DNA from: Candidatus Woesearchaeota archaeon | GTDB taxonomy: Archaea; Nanobdellota; Nanobdellia; Pacearchaeales; GW2011-AR1 | Direction of reading: 5' to 3' | Assembly (NCBI GenBank): GCA_964621025.1 | Contig: CAZUKQ010000005.1 | Location: 1 to 39,416, forward strand | Length of the DNA stretch: 39,416 nucleotides | Shown: positions 27,922 to 35,139 of the stretch, one piece after another | Position numbering within the stretch: the stretch's first letter is position 1 | Layout of the letters: every line of letters begins with the position of its first letter | Position numbers and translations under genes: made by a program | Notes under the pieces: generated by a model | The model's input: the letters and a program-made list of their open reading frames with translations, nothing else | Told to the model about the DNA's origin: nothing | Databases searched by the model: none

Positions 27922-29385
27922 TTAACTACTCTCTTTTTGAATTTGAGTTTTATTTTTTTCAAAAAACTCTATTGCTCTCGCTAGCTCTTTGTGATGTTTT
28001 GAATATTTGTGGATGTCTATTTTTTTCTTATAGGCTTCACATGCTTGAACTAACGCTGCTGCTCCTGCTTTTGTTCCGTCTGGATGAGCGTGACAACCCG
28101 CGCCCATTGTTGTTATGAAATCGACGCTTCCCATTACGTCAATGAAGGGTTTTAGTAAAGTAGGGTTTAGACCTCCAGAAATTATAGGACAACATTTCTT
28201 TATTCCTCTCCAGTCCTGGCTCTGTAGGATGACGTGGTGAGCATGATCTGATTTGATTAGTTTTATTATATCTTCATCCTTTTCTGAGGATCTAGACCAA
28301 CTCTGAGTGAAGATATGACCCTTTGCAAGGAGATTGAGTATTCCTTTTGCAGCAGTTATATCTTCCTCTGGAGAACCTGCCATTTTTCCTATACCTGCAG
28401 TACCTGTATGAATTCCAGAAGCTCCTGCCAATCTTGCAAATTTGGATAAAACTAAAACGGAAAATCCGAAAGGATTTTCTGGTCTTGTAAATGCGCCATG
28501 TGCTGCCCTATGATAATGTAAAAATACTTCTGGATATCTTCTTCTTACTGTTTGAACTGCGGTCCAACCCGCAGTTATTCCGTCAACTAAAAAAGCATAA
28601 CTTCCTTTTTCGAATCCAGCCTTTCTAACAAGTTCACATCTTTTTATCATCGTGTCGAAATCTCCTGCAGAGACATTAAAAGAATGAACTTTCTTTTTTC
28701 CTGTTTCTTTTACTGCTTTGTCCATTGCCTGTTTTACATATTTAACCATAATTTCATAATCACAAAAATCTTGGTCTGCTTGCGGCTCATCATTCTTGAC
28801 AAAATCTCCTCCACCAACCCAGAAATCATAACACACTTCAGCGTATTCTGCAGCTGTCAATCCTATTTTGGGTTTTATTATTGTTCCCAATATTGGTCTT
28901 TTGTAAATTCCTAAATATTTTCTCATGTCATCTAGAGTATAACTTGGGCCGTCATAATGTTCTAACATTGTAGGAGGAAACCAAACGTCTAAAAGTTTTA
29001 GTGCAGATACTTCTTTCATTCCAAGAACATTTCCGACAATAAAGGTCAATATGTTTTGTACGTTTGCATTTCTATCAAAAATTCTCCAAGGGTAAGCAAT
29101 CCAAACTAGGTCTTTTTTTAAATCAACTTGATAAACTAAAGCATTTAAACTTCTAGAAAAAGCTGTTTCAGTTTTTACTTGAAAATTTGTTCCTGTTGAA
29201 GATTCTGCTGCAGTTTCGCATGCGGCTTGCAGAGTATTCAAATTGTGTCCTGGAAGAAGATGGAAACAAGTTAAAAGATATTGTCCATTCTGAGGATTTT
29301 TTAAATCTAAATCTAAATAAGCTCTTTGATGATCATTTAGAGATTTAATCATCTGAGGTATAGTTAATTTTTTCTGCGTCACCAT
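27922..29385 (-). CDS. rbcL: RuBisCO large subunit, form II/III
   Basis: ESSTGT, GTIIKPK, GGDFVKNDE, HYHRAAHG, HTGT..GKM, ISGG; C-terminal insertion before CPIISGG. Confidence 0.93.
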   Translation of the reverse strand: MVTQKKLTIPQMIKSLNDHQRAYLDLDLKNPQNGQYLLTCFHLLPGHNLNTLQAACETAAESSTGTNFQVKTETAFSRSLNALVYQVDLKKDLVWIAYPWRIFDRNANVQNILTFIVGNVLGMKEVSALKLLDVWFPPTMLEHYDGPSYTLDDMRKYLGIYKRPILGTIIKPKIGLTAAEYAEVCYDFWVGGGDFVKNDEPQADQDFCDYEIMVKYVKQAMDKAVKETGKKKVHSFNVSAGDFDTMIKRCELVRKAGFEKGSYAFLVDGITAGWTAVQTVRRRYPEVFLHYHRAAHGAFTRPENPFGFSVLVLSKFARLAGASGIHTGTAGIGKMAGSPEEDITAAKGILNLLAKGHIFTQSWSRSSEKDEDIIKLIKSDHAHHVILQSQDWRGIKKCCPIISGGLNPTLLKPFIDVMGSVDFITTMGAGCHAHPDGTKAGAAALVQACEAYKKKIDIHKYSKHHKELARAIEFFEKNKTQIQKESS

Positions 29386-29422
29386 CTTCTTTTTATTTGA
29401 AGTGAATCCTAGTTTTTATATC

Positions 29423-30169
29423 TTACTCTAACAATAAAAGAGCTGCCATGATGACAACTCCTAGAATAAAAAATAGAATTTGAAGAATTGAACTCTTTAG
29501 TTGTGTTTCTTTATGCAGTTCTGGAATTAAATCGCTTCCGGCGATATAAATAAAACCCCCTACGGCAATGGAGGCTAAAATTACTTCTATATTTGCTAAG
29601 AAATTATTAAGAAGGAAAACTGCTGCAACACCTAAAAATGCTATTAACGCTGTTAAGAAATTTAACATAAGTGCTTTCGTTTTTGTGAACCCGCCATGGA
29701 GAAGAACTCCAAAGTCGCCTATTTCTTGAGGAATTTCGTGTAACAGAACCGCTATGGAAGTTGCAATTCCGGCAGGAATTGAGATTATATAAGCCGAAGC
29801 AATAATTATACCGTCAAGAAAATTATGTAAAGAATCTCCGACAAGATTCATATATGCAAAGGGGTGTATATGTGTTTTGGAAATTGGCATGTGGCAGTGT
29901 TGCCAGTGAACAACTTTTTCTAATAAAAGAAAAAGGAGAATACCTACTAAAATAAAAACTGAAATTGAAAAGGTGAAACCTGTTTTTGTTAGCTGTGGAA
30001 GAAGATGAAAAAATGCGTCTCCAAAAAGTGCACCTGCAGAAAAACTTATAAAATAAATTAAAATCTTTCTTAGTCTTTCAATTTTTATCCCTAATGTAAA
30101 AAGTCCGACTAAAGAAACTAAACTTATAATTAAAACGCTTAACAAAGAATAAATCCAAACTAGATTCAT
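29423..30169 (-). CDS. ZIP family metal transporter
   Basis: HLLP, HNFLDG, HEIPQEIGDFG, DLIPELH. Confidence 0.93.
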   Translation of the reverse strand: MNLVWIYSLLSVLIISLVSLVGLFTLGIKIERLRKILIYFISFSAGALFGDAFFHLLPQLTKTGFTFSISVFILVGILLFLLLEKVVHWQHCHMPISKTHIHPFAYMNLVGDSLHNFLDGIIIASAYIISIPAGIATSIAVLLHEIPQEIGDFGVLLHGGFTKTKALMLNFLTALIAFLGVAAVFLLNNFLANIEVILASIAVGGFIYIAGSDLIPELHKETQLKSSILQILFFILGVVIMAALLLLE

Positions 30170-31492
30170 TTAAATTTTCTCCAACTGCCAGCTGTCTTTT
30201 GTATCTTTGATGAGCCAACCTTTTTCTTTTAATTCATCTCTTAATTCATCCGATTTTTTCCAATCCTTATTTTCTCTTGCATTATTTCTTTTTTCAACTA
30301 TTTTCATAATCTCCGAAGGTATTTTCAGTTTTTGTTTTTCCAAAAGTTTCAAACAAAAAACTTCGTCCATCTTCTTTATTGTTTGATACTTTCCTTCTGC
30401 TTTCTCATCTCTAACTAATTCCCATAAAACGGCTAAAGCCTGAGGAGTGTTCAAGTCATCATTCATTGCTTCTGTGAATCTTTCCAGGTATTTTTCGTTT
30501 GTTTTTTTGTCTTCTGAAATGTTTTCTATTATTCTCTTTAGTCTTTCATAAGAATTTTTAGCATCGTCCATTGCTTGCTTCGTAAAGTCTGTTGGTTTAT
30601 TATACTGGGTAGATACTACGAAATACCTAAGGGCCATTGCAGGATATTCTTTTAATAAATCTCTGATTGTTTTAAAATTTCCAAGAGACTTTGACATTTT
30701 TGTTCCTTCAACATTTACCATTCCGTTATGCATCCAGTAGTTCACAAATTTCCCATAGGCTGCTTCTGATTGTGCAATTTCATCTTCGTGATGAGGAAAA
30801 ATTAAATCTGCGCCGCCACCATGTATATCAAACGGAACTCCTAAAACCGCTTTTGTCATCGCAGAACATTCAATATGCCATCCCGGTCTTCCTTCACCCC
30901 AAGGAGAGTCCCACTTAGGTTCTTCGGGCTTTGAAAATTTCCACAAAACAAAATCCTGTGGATTCTTCTTGTTAATGTTGACTTCTTTTCTTGTTCCTGA
31001 CTTCAAATCAGTAATATTTTGATGAGAAAGTTTTCCGTATTTTTTAAATTTTGAAATGTTGTAATACACCCCGTCGCCTTCAATTACATAAGTATAACCT
31101 TTTTTTTCTAGTGTTGCCACTAGTTCGATCATCTCTTTGATAAATTTAGTTGCAAAAGTTCTTTTTGTTGGTTCTTTTATATTCAATTGTTCGTAGTCTT
31201 CTAAATGTGCCTTGGTGTTTTTCTCAGTTAATTCTTTTATAGAAATCTTTAGCTCATTGGCTTTGTTTATGATTTTATCATCTATATCGGTTACATTGGA
31301 AATATAATTTACCTTGTAACCAGAAAATTCTAAATATCTTCTAAAGATATCAAACGAGACCTGAGATTTTGCGTGGCCGGCATGGGGGACATCGTTAACT
31401 GTTGGCCCACAAACATACATCTTAACTTCTCCTTTCTTGATTGGTTTGAATTCCTCTTTCTTTCTTGTTAGTGTGTTGTAGATTTTTAACAT
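30170..31492 (-). CDS. cysS: Cysteine--tRNA ligase
   Basis: CGPTV, HAGH, GRPGWHIECS, DLIFPHHE, KMSKS. Confidence 0.97.
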   Translation of the reverse strand: MLKIYNTLTRKKEEFKPIKKGEVKMYVCGPTVNDVPHAGHAKSQVSFDIFRRYLEFSGYKVNYISNVTDIDDKIINKANELKISIKELTEKNTKAHLEDYEQLNIKEPTKRTFATKFIKEMIELVATLEKKGYTYVIEGDGVYYNISKFKKYGKLSHQNITDLKSGTRKEVNINKKNPQDFVLWKFSKPEEPKWDSPWGEGRPGWHIECSAMTKAVLGVPFDIHGGGADLIFPHHEDEIAQSEAAYGKFVNYWMHNGMVNVEGTKMSKSLGNFKTIRDLLKEYPAMALRYFVVSTQYNKPTDFTKQAMDDAKNSYERLKRIIENISEDKKTNEKYLERFTEAMNDDLNTPQALAVLWELVRDEKAEGKYQTIKKMDEVFCLKLLEKQKLKIPSEIMKIVEKRNNARENKDWKKSDELRDELKEKGWLIKDTKDSWQLEKI

Positions 31493-31533
31493 GATAATTC
31501 AAAAGAAAAGATGTTTATAAGATTATTTGAAGA

Positions 31534-32100
31534 TTACTTAGCTAACACTTGTATATCAAAGGATTGTGTTTCGTAGGTCTTCCCACTTTCTTTAATATTC
31601 AAATTGAATCTTATAGTACACAAAGGTGAATCTTCTGGAATTGATATTCTTATAGTATCTACAAATTTACTTCCAGGTGCAATAGCAATATTTGTTCCCG
31701 TTCTTCCTGCAGAAATCCAACCGGAAATTTCTTTCTCAGTTATTCCCTGACATTTTGATTTTAATTCTGGGTCGTTAATAGAAACTTCATAGCTAAATGC
31801 CGAATCGTCAGATTTTCCAGTTAGTAAATTCTTTATAACAAACTCTATACCCCATGTTTCTCCTTGCTGTACTTTTAAAATTCTATTTGGAAGATAAACA
31901 ATTAATCTTTGGTCTTCGGTGAATAATTTGTTGATTTCATCTTTAGTTTTATCTGCAATTGTATTAACATTATTTGTTGCGCCATCAAAGAGAGTTTTTA
32001 CTAGAACCAATCCTAAAATTAACATAGACATTGCAAGAACAATAACTACAATTGTATTGATAGAAAGTTCTATCGCCGCCTTTTTGTTCCTCTTTTGCAT
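31534..32100 (-). CDS. Pilin-like protein with class III signal peptide
   Basis: MQKRNKKA|AIELSINTIVVIVLAMSMLILG; start re-called (TTTATAAA ~21 nt upstream). Confidence 0.78.
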   Translation of the reverse strand: MQKRNKKAAIELSINTIVVIVLAMSMLILGLVLVKTLFDGATNNVNTIADKTKDEINKLFTEDQRLIVYLPNRILKVQQGETWGIEFVIKNLLTGKSDDSAFSYEVSINDPELKSKCQGITEKEISGWISAGRTGTNIAIAPGSKFVDTIRISIPEDSPLCTIRFNLNIKESGKTYETQSFDIQVLAK

Positions 32101-32134
32101 TGTATTTCTTAGCTTTCCTCTTTTATAAACTTTA

Positions 32135-32446
32135 TTAGTCGAAAAGGTCTTCACTGTATAATTCTTTTTTACTATATTTCAGCGCTTTAACCTGGCCGTT
32201 AGATAATACAATCTTTGCAGCTTCTTCTCTATTAACAAATCTGTTATAACTTGTTAAAAAACCAGTTTCATATTCTCCAACTTCTGCTTGCCTTTTTCCA
32301 GTCATTGTAAACATTTGGTGGGTACAATGTATATGTTGATGTCCTGAAAAAACAATTCCTTTTTCTATATTTTTTGGTAGAAAAATTGGAGTGGGTAAAT
32401 CCTTATACCAAATCGCACTGCATAGAACTCTTTCTAATTCTTCCAT
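32135..32446 (-). CDS. Hypothetical protein resembling a small phage-associated family
   Basis: CSAIWY..GHQH.HC..GFLTS.NRFV.REEA..GQ..LYSEDL pattern, recognised from memory. Confidence 0.65.
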   Translation of the reverse strand: MEELERVLCSAIWYKDLPTPIFLPKNIEKGIVFSGHQHIHCTHQMFTMTGKRQAEVGEYETGFLTSYNRFVNREEAAKIVLSNGQVKALKYSKKELYSEDLFD

Positions 32447-32455
32447 TTATCTAAA

Positions 32456-32527
32456 TGGGACGAAAGGGAATCGAACCCTCGACCCCACGGTCTTCAGCCG
32501 TGTGCTCTCCCACTGAGCTACCGTCCC
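32456..32527 (-). tRNA. tRNA-Phe(GAA)
   Basis: GGGACGG acceptor stem, CT-GAA-GA loop, GGTTCGATTCC; no encoded CCA. Confidence 0.95.
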
Positions 32528-32572
32528 TTAATAATTGTGAGTAGAAAAGGGTTTTTAAGTTTGTGGGGAAGT

Positions 32573-33109
32573 CTATTTTTTGGACAAAATTAGGAAGTAA
32601 TGCTTCTGGTGAAATGGTTCTAATTCTGTTGTGGCCAGAATATTAAAATCAGATTCTAACTCTTTTTTCACATTTTCTAGAGTTTCAACTTTTGACTTTT
32701 GTGAAATACTTTGGGTTTTAAGTGAAAGAAAGATTTTACAATTTTTGTCAACCAGTTCTGCATTTGAAGTTAAAATTTTAATCTGGTCTGCTGACGGAAT
32801 GTCTTGAAATAAAATGTTTATTTTTGTTTTACCAATCATTTTTTTAGTATTTTCTGTATTTCTTGCATCTGCAAAAATTGGAAGAACATTATTTTTGTTT
32901 TGTGCTAATCTAACCAAATGAATTGCCATTGTTGGTGCCTTTTCTACTGCAAAAATAGTTCCTGAAGTTAAATAAGATAAAAATGAAACTGTTGTTCCAG
33001 AAGATGCGCCAAGATATAAGATATTTTCATCGCCTTTTAGAGAAACATCTAGGCCTTTTTCCATCGCCGCTTTCCATTTGCTGTGGTTTGGATCCCATTC
33101 GTTTTCCAT
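32573..33109 (-). CDS. flpA: Fibrillarin-like rRNA/tRNA 2'-O-methyltransferase (N-terminally shortened)
   Basis: WDPNHSK, ILYLGASSGTTVS, IFAVE, PIFADAR, FQD, LEPF. ATG 33109 preferred over GTG 33139, which lies inside the C/D element. Confidence 0.92.
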   Translation of the reverse strand: MENEWDPNHSKWKAAMEKGLDVSLKGDENILYLGASSGTTVSFLSYLTSGTIFAVEKAPTMAIHLVRLAQNKNNVLPIFADARNTENTKKMIGKTKINILFQDIPSADQIKILTSNAELVDKNCKIFLSLKTQSISQKSKVETLENVKKELESDFNILATTELEPFHQKHYFLILSKK

Positions 33110-33126
33110 TTTGTTAGTAAATAAAA

Positions 33127-33168
33127 TTGCCCTCAGCACATCGCTTGAGGTGTTTCATCATCGGGCAA
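33127..33168 (-). ncRNA. Mini box C/D (K-turn) element between nop5 and fibrillarin
   Basis: TTGCCC-G-ATGATGA-AACACCTCAAGCGATGTG-CTGA-GGGCAA: 6-bp terminal stem, consensus C box, consensus D box, 3-nt bulge. Confidence 0.75.
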
Positions 33169-33811
33169 AGTTTTGAAAATAATCTATTTTAATTTTCTGT
33201 GAAAGTTGATTTGCTAACTGTCTTGCTGCTTTTCCTTTTTCTTTTGAAGCTTGAATTGATTTTGATTTGAAAATGAAACCATACTTTGGGCCATAACTTG
33301 AAATTGCCTTATGTCTGAAGAAAGCTTTTTCAGCTCCGATAAGTTGGATTGTTCCTGCCGGTTTTCTGTAGAGATTATTTATTCCACCGAAGAAAGAAAC
33401 TAATTTTCCTAGAATGAAAGGTTCTACTAGCATGGAAGAATTTGGTAAATATTTTTGATTTAAATTTAGAAGAGATTTTACAGCGACGCCTTTTGTGGTG
33501 TTGTAATCTTTGAAAGAAAAATCTTCTTGTAGGCCCATGAAAGTTCTTCGTAACATTTCTTTTTCTTCATAGTCTAATTGTAATCCGTATTCAAATTCAA
33601 ATTTGGAATTTTTTGCTTTCAAGAAGTTCGCGTCTTTTGAAGAAATTCCATAGGGATCTAGAACAAGATACAAATCTTTTACTCTTCCAGAATATTCATC
33701 TTTTTTGTTTTCTATATCTTCGATTATTCTCGTAAAAAATATTATGAGTTGGTCTTTCATCAAGGATTTTTGAATGTCTTTTTTCGCTTGAATTATTAGT
33801 TCTTGTTCCAT
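33158..33811 (-). CDS. nop5: Nop5/Nop56-58 family C/D RNP protein, reduced
   Basis: PAGTIQLIGAEKAFFRH, GPKYGFIF, GKAARQLA, KIDYF. Confidence 0.9.
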   Translation of the reverse strand: MEQELIIQAKKDIQKSLMKDQLIIFFTRIIEDIENKKDEYSGRVKDLYLVLDPYGISSKDANFLKAKNSKFEFEYGLQLDYEEKEMLRRTFMGLQEDFSFKDYNTTKGVAVKSLLNLNQKYLPNSSMLVEPFILGKLVSFFGGINNLYRKPAGTIQLIGAEKAFFRHKAISSYGPKYGFIFKSKSIQASKEKGKAARQLANQLSQKIKIDYFQNFAR

Positions 33812-33844
33812 AAATTATCGAGGAATTTCATATTTAAAAAAGGT

Positions 33845-34148
33845 TGTAAGTAGGAAGTAGGCCGCTTTCTGTCAGACTTTGTTTCTTCTTGCGAAGACAA
33901 ACAATCTGCGCTAATATCCGACTATGCCCGTGCAAAACGGTTGCATCAACCAGGATGTTCGTTCCAGCCGAATTTAATCGGATCGTTTCTATATCAGAGC
34001 CACGCCTCTCGACGCTCAATTTGCATTGATGGTTTGTCCTTAATGAACTAAATCACTAAGGGATGTGCGGACCTTCCTCAGAATTCTTCAATCATTTTAC
34101 ATTGAATTGGCTTTTAACCGAACCCCGAAATTAGCTATCCTACTTACA
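33845..34148 (-). ncRNA. rnpB: RNase P RNA (~304 nt)
   Basis: 11-bp P1 (TGTAAGTAGGA/TCCTACTTACA); P4 GAGGAAGGTCCGC pairing with ACAGAAAGCGGCCTA; TGCAACC and TTTAAA promoter. Confidence 0.88.
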
Positions 34149-34227
34149 GTTATGATATGTGAAAATGGTTTAAAAATCTACCTAATTTTTATTTTATTTT
34201 ATCCTAGACTAAACAATTTGCCTCAGA

Positions 34228-35025
34228 CTACCAAGATATAACTAAATTAACTGGAGAAATTTCTTTTAGACGATTACAGCATATATGATCTTCTTGATCG
34301 TCATATCCTAATTTTATTTGAGGATTTTGTATTGGACGTAACCAACAAGAACAATCAGAAGCAATCCTCATAAAACATTTTCTTTGATCCTCTTGGTTGG
34401 TATATTCTTCTAAACATAATGAAGGATTATGGGGGAATACTTTTTCATGACTAATACAATATTCTTCTACTTTCTGATTTTGAAAACAATAGTCTTTCTC
34501 TAGATTAATCGTGGCGAAGGCAAAAGCGTTCAAACAATCTGATTTTTCTGAACCTTTTAGATTCCAACAAGGATTATAAAATAGAAAAGAGATTATGGAA
34601 AAAATTAAGATTAAAATAATAACTGAAAGGAATATTAAAAAGAGTTTCTTAGAAATCTTATCTTTGATAATTAAAAAAATTAAAGAAAGAGAAAAATAAA
34701 AAGAAAAAAGGACTAAATAACTTATTAGATAAAGAATGATACTCCAACCAGGGTTTGAAAAGTTCCACAAGAGGATTATTGCTTTACAAAGAGGATATTT
34801 GACCGGTTCAAAGTTAAAAATTGTAGAATACATTGTTCCGAATCCCATCCCTATGGGGGTTGCATAGGCGGAATAAACATTTTCAGAGAGATCATTACAA
34901 ACTAAATTTATTTTATACCTTGAAAGAGAATGTTCTCCAAAAAAACCAAAAATGAGTAAGATAATATTTATTAAAAGAAATATTAAAGCTAAGATTCTTG
35001 CTTTTCTTATCATCTCTTTTTCCAT
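34228..35025 (-). CDS. Multi-pass membrane protein with Cys-rich C-terminal domain
   Basis: Three hydrophobic helices; about 9 Cys in the C-terminal region. Confidence 0.7.
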   Translation of the reverse strand: MEKEMIRKARILALIFLLINIILLIFGFFGEHSLSRYKINLVCNDLSENVYSAYATPIGMGFGTMYSTIFNFEPVKYPLCKAIILLWNFSNPGWSIILYLISYLVLFSFYFSLSLIFLIIKDKISKKLFLIFLSVIILILIFSIISFLFYNPCWNLKGSEKSDCLNAFAFATINLEKDYCFQNQKVEEYCISHEKVFPHNPSLCLEEYTNQEDQRKCFMRIASDCSCWLRPIQNPQIKLGYDDQEDHICCNRLKEISPVNLVISW

Positions 35026-35075
35026 TATGGGAAAGAAGTTGAATAGTATAAAAATCTAATGAAAATCTCAACAAT

Positions 35076-35134
35076 TGAAGACAGTACTCATCTGAAACTA
35101 GTTTTCCGAAATTTGTTTCTCGGTGTGAAAAATT
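35076..35134. repeat. 3' arm of the 23S precursor processing stem
   Basis: 35076-35098 is a perfect 23-bp inverted repeat of 38321-38343; imperfect pairing continues inward. Confidence 0.85.
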
Positions 35135-35139
35135 TAATA

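Noticed and set aside
33834..34019. 61-aa ORF
   Set aside because: Lies within the RNase P RNA.
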